Part shown: piece after piece, positions 1 through 8,058 of the stretch
Numbering within the stretch: position 1 is the stretch's first letter
Layout of the letters: each line of letters opens with the position of its first letter
From: Acinetobacter wanghuae
GTDB taxonomy: Bacteria > Pseudomonadota > Gammaproteobacteria > Pseudomonadales > Moraxellaceae
Direction: 5' to 3'
DNA: 32,000 nucleotides
NCBI RefSeq assembly: GCF_009557235.1
Contig: NZ_CP045650.1
Location: 300,001-332,000 of the forward strand
Notes under the pieces: model-generated
Database searches by the model: none
What the model was told of the DNA's origin: nothing
What the model saw: only the letters and a program-made list of their open reading frames with translations
Translations under genes and position numbers: made by a program

Positions 1-513
1 ACGAGCAACTTCTTGATCGAATTCAACGAAATCTGCATATTCATTTGAATCGAGTAAATCATCCACTTCAACTGGATTTAAACCAATACGTGCAGCAACA
101 TCTTCAAGTGTTTCACGTTCACCAATCGGTAAACCTTGGGTCATATAGCTAAAGAATAAAGCTTCTTTTGCTTCATTGCCCAAGCCTTTACTTTGTGCCA
201 AATGAATTAAGCGATGTGCGTTAAAGGTATTGCCTGAGTTTGCACCTTCCCAATTAAATTCAATGCCTTCCGCTTTTGCCATTTCTGCAATATTACGTTG
301 CATATCTTCAACATCAGCTACAGTACGATTATATTTAATGGCTAAGCGTTCTGAGTTAGAGATTTCTTGACGTACGGGTGCTTCAGGATCCAATTGGAAA
401 CTGTGCCAATGTACTTCAAGTTCAATACCTGCCTCAGTCGCAGCAGCTTCTAAACGTTTTTTCCCAATATAGCAAAATGGGCAAACCACATCAGACCAAA
501 TATCAACGCGCAT
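1..513 (-). CDS. DsbA-family thiol:disulfide oxidoreductase (FrnE / 2-hydroxychromene-2-carboxylate isomerase-like); the C-terminal end runs off the window
   Basis: Absent from the ORF track because the frame has no stop inside the window. My minus-strand translation from the ATG (complement of 511-513) is MRVDIWSDVVCPFCYIGKKRLEAAATEAGIELEVHWHSFQLDPEAPVRQEISNSERLAIKYNRTVADVEDMQRNIAEMAKAEGIEFNWEGANSGNTFNAHRLIHLAQSKGLGNEAKEALFFSYMTQGLPIGERETLEDVAARIGLNPVEVDDLLDSNEYADFVEFDQEVAR. The frame stays open to position 1. The N-terminal CPFC (CxxC) thioredoxin-fold motif is typical of DsbA/FrnE-like proteins. Confidence 0.75.
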   Translation of the reverse strand, partial: MRVDIWSDVVCPFCYIGKKRLEAAATEAGIELEVHWHSFQLDPEAPVRQEISNSERLAIKYNRTVADVEDMQRNIAEMAKAEGIEFNWEGANSGNTFNAHRLIHLAQSKGLGNEAKEALFFSYMTQGLPIGERETLEDVAARIGLNPVEVDDLLDSNEYADFVEFDQEVAR

Positions 514-863
514 AGATGTCTCGAAATTTTATGTTGCTTAAATTAATGAGGGCAGGAACTCCAAATTTAAAGTTTAAATTAAAGAACTGGCATAAATAAG
601 TGTCGTTTAGCGAATTTTTAAAATCTGTGAAATCTACTTAAATACCTCAATAAGGATGCTTTTTATGGTGATAGCATGATGTTTTTAAATATGAATTTAT
701 AAACAATTAAGATAAAAGATTACGTTTTATGAAGTTTAACGGATCGTCGTGGATGTATAAAAGATGGGCGCTTATTAGTCTGTATTTGTATAAAACAGAC
801 TCAACATGACAAGTAAATTAGACAAGAGAAGAAATATGATGATCATGAATAAAATGATAAAGC

Positions 864-895
864 ATAAAAAAACGCCACGAAAGGCGTTTTTTTAT
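864..895. terminator. Rho-independent terminator downstream of the CoA-transferase gene (bidirectional architecture)
   Basis: Stem AACGCC (871-876) pairs with GGCGTT (883-888) around a 6-nt loop. It is flanked by a 7-A run on one side and a 7-T run on the other, so it reads as hairpin plus U-tract on both strands. It lies about 30 nt past the stop at 926. Confidence 0.75.
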
Positions 896-925
896 GGACT
901 TCAAAGCGAAAGCCAATCAGGGGAA

Positions 926-2422
926 TTAACCCGCTAACATATGACCTTTTTCTTCAAAGTTTGCATGCCATTCTAATGCTTCGTGAAGCAGGTGAGGCGT
1001 TTGACCACCACGCTCACAAGCGCGTGTGAAGTAATCATTTAACGCATCACGGTACATTGGGTGCGCACAGTTATCAATGATCGCACGTGCACGCTCACGC
1101 GGTGCTAAACCACGTAAATCAGCAAGACCTTGTTCTGTAACCAACACATCGACATCATGACCTGTATGGTCAACGTGAGACGCAAATGGAACAACAGACG
1201 AGATATCACCGCCTTTGGCAATTGATTTGGTCACGAAGATGGCAATATGTGCATTACGCGCAAAGTCACCTGAACCACCAATACCGTTCATCATTTTGCT
1301 ACCGCAGACGTGAGTGGAGTTCACGTTACCGTAGATATCGAATTCAAGCGCAGTGTTGATGCCGATAATCCCTAAACGGCGGACAATTTCAGGATGGTTT
1401 GAGATTTCTTGTGGACGTAGTACAAGTTTATCTTTGTAGTGTTCAAGGTTGTTAAATACTTTTTCGCCATATTTAGCAGAAAGGGTAATTGAAGAACCTG
1501 ACGCAAATTTCATTTTACCCGCATCAATTAATTCAAACGTACAGTCTTGAAGAACTTCTGAGTACATGATCAAGTCTTCAAAGTTTGAATCTTTCAAGCC
1601 AGTTAATACCGCATTGGCAATTGAACCAATACCTGCTTGTAATGGACCTAAGTTTTTAGGCAAACGGTCTTCAGCCACTTCTTTTTCAAAGAAAGCGATC
1701 AAGTGGTTTGCAATGCCTTGAGTTTCATCATCTGGCGCAGTCACAGTTGATGGAGAGTCATGGTATTCATTGTTAAACACGATGCCTACGATTTTTGCAG
1801 GATCGATGTTAATCGCTTGAGTACCAATACGCTCATCAACATGAGTCAACGGAATCGCTTGACGTGTTGGACGATAGGTTGGGATATAAATATCGTGTAA
1901 GCCTTCAAAAGCAGGGCTTAAGTTGGTGTTGATTTCAACAATTACTTTTTCTGCAAAAATTGCAAAGCTTGCAGAGTTACCAACCGATGTTGTTGGAATA
2001 ATGCCGCCATCTTCAGTGATTGCAACTGCTTCAATAATCGCAACATCTGGTTTTTTCAATTGTTTGTTACGCATTTGTTCAACGGTTTCAGACAAATGCT
2101 GATCGATGAACATTACTTCGCCTTTGTTAATGGCTTTACGTAGTGTGTTGTCTACTTGGAATGGGAGACGGCGTGCCAACACACCCGCTTCAGTTAACTG
2201 TTTATCTAAGTCGTTACCTAAAGATGCACCTGTAATTAAGGTGATTTTTAATGGGTTTGCTTTGGCTTGTTGCACTAAAGCTAAAGGAACTGCCTTTGCC
2301 TCGCCTGCACGCGTAAAGCCACTCATGCCTACAGTCATGCCATCTTTAATGAACTCAGCAGCTTCTGCAGCACTGATCACTTTGTCATGGAGGGAAGCCA
2401 AACGTATACGATCTAAAGACAT
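926..2422 (-). CDS. Acetyl-CoA hydrolase/transferase family protein, succinyl-CoA:acetate CoA-transferase type (AarC/Cat1/ScpC-like)
   Basis: The ORF track gives 926..2449, which starts at a GTG. From the ATG at complement 2420-2422 the N-terminus MSLDRIRLASLHDKVISAAEAAEFIKDGMTVGMSGFTRAGEAK matches the N-terminal pattern of AarC-type enzymes. Family blocks SEVLQD, NGIGGSGDFARNA and VTEQGLADLRGL are present. A purine patch (GAGA) lies upstream of this ATG. Confidence 0.85.
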   Translation of the reverse strand: MSLDRIRLASLHDKVISAAEAAEFIKDGMTVGMSGFTRAGEAKAVPLALVQQAKANPLKITLITGASLGNDLDKQLTEAGVLARRLPFQVDNTLRKAINKGEVMFIDQHLSETVEQMRNKQLKKPDVAIIEAVAITEDGGIIPTTSVGNSASFAIFAEKVIVEINTNLSPAFEGLHDIYIPTYRPTRQAIPLTHVDERIGTQAINIDPAKIVGIVFNNEYHDSPSTVTAPDDETQGIANHLIAFFEKEVAEDRLPKNLGPLQAGIGSIANAVLTGLKDSNFEDLIMYSEVLQDCTFELIDAGKMKFASGSSITLSAKYGEKVFNNLEHYKDKLVLRPQEISNHPEIVRRLGIIGINTALEFDIYGNVNSTHVCGSKMMNGIGGSGDFARNAHIAIFVTKSIAKGGDISSVVPFASHVDHTGHDVDVLVTEQGLADLRGLAPRERARAIIDNCAHPMYRDALNDYFTRACERGGQTPHLLHEALEWHANFEEKGHMLAG

Positions 2423-2628
2423 TTCAATTCTCATTAAATTCTTAAACACTGATGCGGATTGTACCGATCAAAAAAAACATTTTGCATACCTGTTAGGCTA
2501 AGGTCTAATTTTTTAGCTAAATGAAAGTATAAATTTTCGTGATGTAATTTAACAACATGAAATATAATGAAATTATAAAAAATGAATAATAAATCAACAG
2601 AATCAATTGTTTATTTATTAATCTATGC

Positions 2629-4110
2629 TTAAAAGCGCTCGGTGATTGTTTGGCGGATTTTCTCAAGCTTTGAAGGTGCTGCTTGATCCATCTCTGGTGC
2701 AATATGCAGGGGTAGAGAAATAATCGCCTCTAAACCACCTTCTACGCGATTCTGAATGACCAGCTCACCTTGATGAATATCTACGATTCGTTTGACGATG
2801 GCTAAGCCTAAACCGCTGCCTTGAATGGTACGTGCCGCATCGCCGCGAACGAAGGGTTGCATCAAGCCTTCGATTTGATCGGCAGGGATGCCTTCACCAT
2901 GATCTGCAACACTAATCAGTAATTGATCGTCGTGTACATAAGCCGCAAGTTCAATGGGTTCTGCCCCATAACGCTTAGCATTATTGATTAAGTTGCCAAT
3001 AAGGCGTTTTAAAGACATGCTGCGCGCTTGGATCTTCGGAATCGGTTGAGCATCGAAGCGAATATCAAGTGGTTGGAACTGTTTTACCAATTCTTTCAGT
3101 AAGGTATTCACATCGGTGTCTTGTGGTTCTTCATCTGAGCCATCACGCATAAACGAGATAAATTGATTCAAAATCGCATCCATATCTTCGACATCGTAAA
3201 TCAGACCTTCTTTTAAGAAGTCTTCATCCGGCATCATTTCAGCACTGAGACGAATACGGGTCAAAGGTGTACGTAAGTCATGTGAAATGCCTGCGAGCAT
3301 CACGCGACGTTCACGCTCGGTTTGCTCAAGCGTATACACCATATGATTAAATGCATGGTTTACCTGACGAATCTCAAGTGGACCATGATTGGTATCTAAA
3401 TAAGGTGCAGAACCCATCTTACTGTATTTGTTTGATGCTTCTTGTAGACGACGTAAAGGGCGATTGAGCTGACGTACCAGGGTTAGAATAATAATGCCAG
3501 CAATAATGGGTGTGCCGAGTAACCATGCCAAAATCAGTTCAGGGCTATAGTTCGCATAGGTTTTTAACGGTTCACGCACCCAATTGCCATGCATTTCAGG
3601 GGTTTGAATCCAAATTTGCGGGCTGGGCTTAAATTGGAAATACACTGTTGCCTGATCAATCAGAAGCTCTTTTGCCAGTTTTTCTTCAATTTGATTGGTA
3701 AAGAATTCCGCAATGACTTTGTCTTTAACGTTCGGGAATTTCTTCGGGTCGGTCACATATTCAATACCCACACGGTTCTTTAAGAATTGATCAATATCGA
3801 CTTCTTGATCATTATGAAACATACGTAAATGTGGATTATTAATGATCTCGAGTTCGACTGCTAAGTAACGCGCATGTTGCTGAATTTCAGGTAAGTAAAG
3901 CGTCCGCCAAAATAACCACAAAGACATAAAGAGGCTAAACAACACCACAAAAACCACAAGAACAGTCGTGCGCATGGCAGCAGAACGTGGTTTGATTTTG
4001 TCTAAGAAGCGTTCGGTACGTGTGCGTTTCTTCTCTGAATAGGTGACAAAATCAGTAAATTCTTGTGGATCGATAGGGTCGAGTTTCACACCAGCTTCCT
4101 GTAGGCGCAT
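2629..4110 (-). CDS. envZ: Osmolarity sensor histidine kinase EnvZ-like
   Basis: Contains the H-box LAGISHDLRTPLTRIRLSAEMM, the N-box LIGNLINNAKRYG, and G-boxes DHGEGI and GSGLGLAIV. Two TM segments (TTVLVVFVVLFSLFMSLWLFW and ILAWLLGTPIIAGIIILTLV) bracket a periplasmic domain. It lies immediately downstream of ompR. The start is uncertain: ATG at 4110 (MRLQEAGV..., 493 aa) or ATG at 4215 (528 aa, the ORF-track maximum). Neither has a strong SD. Confidence 0.8.
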   Translation of the reverse strand: MRLQEAGVKLDPIDPQEFTDFVTYSEKKRTRTERFLDKIKPRSAAMRTTVLVVFVVLFSLFMSLWLFWRTLYLPEIQQHARYLAVELEIINNPHLRMFHNDQEVDIDQFLKNRVGIEYVTDPKKFPNVKDKVIAEFFTNQIEEKLAKELLIDQATVYFQFKPSPQIWIQTPEMHGNWVREPLKTYANYSPELILAWLLGTPIIAGIIILTLVRQLNRPLRRLQEASNKYSKMGSAPYLDTNHGPLEIRQVNHAFNHMVYTLEQTERERRVMLAGISHDLRTPLTRIRLSAEMMPDEDFLKEGLIYDVEDMDAILNQFISFMRDGSDEEPQDTDVNTLLKELVKQFQPLDIRFDAQPIPKIQARSMSLKRLIGNLINNAKRYGAEPIELAAYVHDDQLLISVADHGEGIPADQIEGLMQPFVRGDAARTIQGSGLGLAIVKRIVDIHQGELVIQNRVEGGLEAIISLPLHIAPEMDQAAPSKLEKIRQTITERF

Positions 4111-4326
4111 TGAAATAAGCAGTGTTTTTCTTAGCGGAGTCTTACTGCATGTACCTTCAATTGAAGGAGCTCGTTCTGTTACTTTTTTAAAAAAGTAACA
4201 CAAAAACTTTGCCATTCGCTGAACTCGTATTGGTTTATACGAGCCTATAAAATGCAGTCTGACTCAAACAGCAGCGAATGGCATTTAGGGACAATAAGTT
4301 GTGAGTTATTGTCTTAAAGAGTATTC

Positions 4327-5091
4327 TTATTCTGCACCATCTGGAACAAAGACATAACCAACACCCCATACGGTTTGAATATAACGGGCACGAGCAGGGT
4401 TTTCTTCTACAAGACGACGTAAACGTGATACTTGAACGTCAATTGAGCGTTCCATCGCACCCCATTCACGACCACGTGCAAGGTTCATGAGTTTGTCACG
4501 TGTTAATGGTTCACGAGGGTGTTGTACCAAGGCTTTCAAAACCGCAAATTCACCTGTGGTTAAAGTCACCACTTGACCTTCGCGGGTCAAAGTACGAGTC
4601 GATAAATCGAGTGACCATGGACCAAAGCTGACCACTTCCATTTGTTGACTTGGTGCACCCGGTACTTCACGGACTTGACGACGCAGTACTGCGCGAATAC
4701 GAGCGAGTAATTCATTCGGATTAAATGGTTTTGGCAAGTAATCGTCGGCACCTGCTTCTAAGCCTGCAATACGATCCGAGTCGCTACCACGCGCGGTAAG
4801 CATAATGATGGGTGTATCAATATTGGATTGGCGTAAACGACGGCAAATACTCAAGCCATCTTCGACAGGTAACATAAAGTCGAGCACGATCAGAGAAAAC
4901 AGTTCCCGCTGTAAAAGTCGATCCATTTGCGTTGCATCGTGCGCGGTTTTGACCACAAAGCCTTTATCTTCTAAAAAGCGTTGCAGAAGTGTGCGCAGAC
5001 GAACATCATCATCGACAACCAAAATGCGTTCGACCCGATCGGTTTCGGTATGTACGGCATCCGTTTTTTCAGCTGGTACAACTAAACTCAT
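4327..5091 (-). CDS. ompR: Two-component response regulator OmpR (winged-helix)
   Basis: Has a receiver domain (ILVVDDD..., LIVLDFMLP, KPF) and an OmpR/PhoB winged-helix C-terminus (IQTVWGVGYVF). A strong SD (AAGGAG) sits upstream of the ATG at 5091. There are about 20 extra N-terminal residues relative to E. coli OmpR. Confidence 0.9.
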   Translation of the reverse strand: MSLVVPAEKTDAVHTETDRVERILVVDDDVRLRTLLQRFLEDKGFVVKTAHDATQMDRLLQRELFSLIVLDFMLPVEDGLSICRRLRQSNIDTPIIMLTARGSDSDRIAGLEAGADDYLPKPFNPNELLARIRAVLRRQVREVPGAPSQQMEVVSFGPWSLDLSTRTLTREGQVVTLTTGEFAVLKALVQHPREPLTRDKLMNLARGREWGAMERSIDVQVSRLRRLVEENPARARYIQTVWGVGYVFVPDGAE

Positions 5092-5358
5092 GAGGTGCTC
5101 CTTTATTCTTTATTGTCGTCATATACACAACTAAACGATCCTTTGAGTATACGATTCATTTATATCGATTGACTATGCTCTAAAGCAACAAATATTGCAG
5201 TTAAAATCAAGACATTGATACCAAATATATACATGCAGACGATAAAAGTTTCTCATTTTTAAAATGGCGCAATTTGAGTGAGATTTTGTGATTTAATCTG
5301 GATTTGTATGCGATCTGTCGCGATGTTCACGAAACTGGCGTTAAATTAATAAAAACAA

Positions 5359-5389
5359 TTGTGGATTTTATGGACTTGGTCTTTATAAT
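5359..5389 (+). promoter_or_regulatory. Candidate sigma70 promoter for tex
   Basis: A perfect -10 TATAAT lies at 5384-5389. The only -35-like hexamer is TTGTGG at 5359-5364, giving a long 19-bp spacer. It sits about 40 nt upstream of the tex ATG. Confidence 0.35.
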
Positions 5390-5427
5390 CTTGGCTTTCA
5401 GTACTTATCCTTGTGGGATCAAACACG

Positions 5428-7794
5428 ATGACTGACTTAGTTCAGCAGTTGGCAAAAGAGATTGCCGTACGTCCAAATCAAGTTGAAGCTGCCATCAAAC
5501 TTATTGATGAAGGTGCCAGTGTTCCTTTTATTGCACGTTACCGTAAAGAAGTAACGCAGGGCTTAGACGATACGCAACTTCGCCAGCTCGATACACGTTT
5601 AGCGTATTTGCGTGACTTGTATGAACGCCGTGATAAAGTGATTGAGTCACTCAAAGAACAAGATAAATTATCAGATGATTTATTGGCTCGCGTAAATGCA
5701 GCTGAAACTAAAAATGCCTTAGAAGAAATTTACGCGCCGTACCGTCCAAAACGTACCAGTAAATCATTCAAAGCACGTGAAGCAGGCTTAGGTCCAATTG
5801 CAGACAAGATCTTTGCTGAAGCAATTGAGCCAAGTGAAGCTTTAGCTGGTTTTAGCCATGAAGCTTATCCTGATCTTGAAAGCCAACTTGATGCGATTCA
5901 ACATATTTTAATTGATGAATGGGCGCAAAATATTGCACTCACCACTGAATTAAAAGCGACATTTGCAAAAACTGCGACGTTAAAAAGCGTTGTTGCAAGC
6001 GAAGAGAAAAAAGAAGTCGGTAAAAAATTCCGTGATTACTTCGATTTTTCAGAAAGCTTAAACAAAGTACCTTCACATCGTTTACTTGCGATGCTTCGTG
6101 GTCGTCAAGAAAATGTATTGGGTCTAAAAGTTGAAGGTGAAGATGATGCACCTTTGGCACGTATTGAAACGGAATACAATTTAGATCAAGCACAGCCACA
6201 AGCCCGCCAAGATTTCTTAAAGCAAACTGCGAAATTGTTCTGGCTCGGTAAAGTTCGCCCAAGCATCGAACATTCGTTATTGACTGAAAAACGCTTGGCT
6301 GCTGAATCTGAAGCGATGCAAGTCTTTGCTGAAAACTTACGTCATTTGTTGCTTTCTGCACCTGCCGGTGCGCGTACCACTTTGGGTGTTGACCCAGGCA
6401 TCCGTACTGGCGTGAAATTGGCTGTTGTAAATGCATCTGGTGATGTTTTAGCGCATAGCACGATTTATCCATTTGCACCGAAAGATGATAAAGCCGGTTC
6501 TTTAACTGAGCTTGCGCGTTTATGCCGTGAATTCAACGTCGATTTAATCGCGATTGGTAACGGTACAGCAAGCCGCGAAACTGAAAGCTTAGTGGCTGAA
6601 ATGATGGCTGCGAATAGCGATCTTAAATTGACCCGTGTTTCTGTTTCAGAAGCAGGTGCATCGGTTTATTCAGCATCTGAACTTGCATCTCAAGAATTGC
6701 CTGATTTAGACGTTTCCATTCGTGGTGCAGTGTCTATTGCCCGTCGTTTACAAGACCCACTTGCTGAACTTGTGAAGATTGATCCGAAATCGATTGGTGT
6801 AGGTCAATATCAACATGACGTGAACCAAGCTGGCTTAGCGCAAACGCTTGAAGCTGTGGTTGAAGACTGTGTGAACTCAGTCGGTGTGGATGTCAATACA
6901 GCATCAGCCGCAATTTTGGGTTATATCGCGGGTTTGAACAAATCCATCGCGCAACAAATTGTTGAATTCCGTAAAGAGCATGGTCGTTTCGACAACCGAC
7001 AATCTTTGAAGAAAGTGCCACGTTTAGGCGAGCGTACTTTTGAACAAGCAGCGGGCTTCTTGCGTATTCAAGACGGTTCTGAGCCACTTGATGCATCTGC
7101 TGTGCATCCTGAATCTTATGCGTTGGTGTCTAAAATTGTTGAAGCAAAAGCAACAACTGTGAAAGACATCATTGGTAATTCTGAAATTATTCGTCAAGTG
7201 AAAGCTGAAGAGTTTGCCGATGAGCAATTCGGTTTGCCAACCATTCAAGATGTATTAAGCGAACTTGAAAAACCGGGTCGCGATCCACGTCCAGAATTCC
7301 GTACTGCTAAGTTCCGTGATGACATCACTGAAGTAGCGCAATTGACTGAAGGTTTGACATTAGAAGGCGTTGTCACCAATGTTACTAACTTTGGTGCATT
7401 CGTGGATGTTGGTGTGCATCAAGATGGTTTAGTGCATATTTCTGAACTTGCAAATACCTTTGTTTCTGATCCGCATAAAGTCGTGAAACCCGGTCAAATT
7501 GTACAAGTGCGTGTATTGAACGTTGATGCTGAACGTAATCGTGTGAATTTGTCGATGCGTCCTGAAGGTTCTGTTGCACCTGCAAAAGCGCCACGTCAAC
7601 CACGTCGTGACCAAGCTGCTGCGCAAAATACTGAGTCGCGCGGTGAACGTAAGCCACAAGGCAAACGTCCACAGCAAGCACGTCCGCAAGGTGAGCGTCC
7701 TCAAGGCAAGAAACCTAACCAAAAACCACAAGAGCAAAAAATTGGTGGTTTAGGTGCATTGTTGCTTCAAGCAGGGATTAAAGGTTCAAAGTAA
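5428..7794 (+). CDS. tex: Transcription accessory protein Tex (YqgF/HhH/S1 domains)
   Basis: Contains the N-terminal VPFIARYRKEVT block, the YqgF-like LGVDPGIRTGVKLAVV block, and a C-terminal S1 domain GVVTNVTNFGAFVDVGVHQDGLVHISEL. The tail is basic and rich in RPQG repeats. The ORF track starts at GTG 5413. I prefer the ATG at 5428 (MTDLVQQLAKEI...). Confidence 0.9.
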   Translation: MTDLVQQLAKEIAVRPNQVEAAIKLIDEGASVPFIARYRKEVTQGLDDTQLRQLDTRLAYLRDLYERRDKVIESLKEQDKLSDDLLARVNAAETKNALEEIYAPYRPKRTSKSFKAREAGLGPIADKIFAEAIEPSEALAGFSHEAYPDLESQLDAIQHILIDEWAQNIALTTELKATFAKTATLKSVVASEEKKEVGKKFRDYFDFSESLNKVPSHRLLAMLRGRQENVLGLKVEGEDDAPLARIETEYNLDQAQPQARQDFLKQTAKLFWLGKVRPSIEHSLLTEKRLAAESEAMQVFAENLRHLLLSAPAGARTTLGVDPGIRTGVKLAVVNASGDVLAHSTIYPFAPKDDKAGSLTELARLCREFNVDLIAIGNGTASRETESLVAEMMAANSDLKLTRVSVSEAGASVYSASELASQELPDLDVSIRGAVSIARRLQDPLAELVKIDPKSIGVGQYQHDVNQAGLAQTLEAVVEDCVNSVGVDVNTASAAILGYIAGLNKSIAQQIVEFRKEHGRFDNRQSLKKVPRLGERTFEQAAGFLRIQDGSEPLDASAVHPESYALVSKIVEAKATTVKDIIGNSEIIRQVKAEEFADEQFGLPTIQDVLSELEKPGRDPRPEFRTAKFRDDITEVAQLTEGLTLEGVVTNVTNFGAFVDVGVHQDGLVHISELANTFVSDPHKVVKPGQIVQVRVLNVDAERNRVNLSMRPEGSVAPAKAPRQPRRDQAAAQNTESRGERKPQGKRPQQARPQGERPQGKKPNQKPQEQKIGGLGALLLQAGIKGSK

Positions 7795-7800
7795 TCTTTA

Positions 7801-7848
7801 AGCTCAAATAAAAAAACCTCCCAATTGGGAGGTTTTTTTATTTGAGCT
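7801..7848 (+). terminator. Rho-independent terminator of tex (perfect 48-nt palindrome)
   Basis: AGCTCAAATAAAAAAACCTCCCAA is followed by its exact reverse complement TTGGGAGGTTTTTTTATTTGAGCT. The GC core CCTCCCA/TGGGAGG is followed by a 7-T run. It begins 7 nt after the tex stop. Confidence 0.85.
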
Positions 7849-8058
7849 TAAAATATGAAGCATCGGCAGCCTAGCAAAGCTACAGCATTGCCTACGAAAA
7901 AAATATAAAAATAGTGTAAAAGTCACACAAAATCACAAGTAAAGCCCACTTTCAATCAGATGGATTGTCCGACAATATTTGCGAGCTGAACTTCTTATTT
8001 ATAACTACGCAGCATAACGACAAATTTTTATATCTATCACTTGGATAACGGTTTACTT

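Noticed and set aside
806-937. 43-codon plus-strand ORF (MTSKLDKRRNMMIMNKMIKHKK...)
   Set aside because: It reads through the bidirectional terminator hairpin and into the end of the convergent gene. The sequence is Lys/Met-rich from AT-rich DNA, with no SD.
2106-2501. 131-aa plus-strand ORF
   Set aside because: It lies almost wholly antisense inside the well-supported CoA-transferase gene. The composition is Ser/Ala/Leu/Arg-rich, typical of antisense frames, and there is no SD.
2517-2702. 61-aa minus-strand ORF at the envZ 3-prime end
   Set aside because: It overlaps the envZ C-terminus out of frame and continues into a very AT-rich spacer. The sequence is low-complexity Ile/Tyr/Phe/Leu from AT-rich DNA.
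4805-5134. 109-aa plus-strand ORF
   Set aside because: It is antisense to the ompR receiver domain, with Ser/Arg-rich shadow-frame composition.
5413-5427. Non-ATG N-terminal extensions in the ORF track: tex GTG 5413, sulP TTG 8041, pap TTG 16273, recC TTG 18403, ubiE 15215 and the small membrane protein TTG 10608
   Set aside because: In each case a downstream ATG gives an N-terminus matching the family pattern and/or has a better SD (GGAGA for recC, GGAG for ubiE). The extensions add implausible residues.
5939-6478. 179-aa minus-strand ORF
   Set aside because: It is antisense within tex, with no motifs. It is a shadow ORF of a strongly conserved gene.
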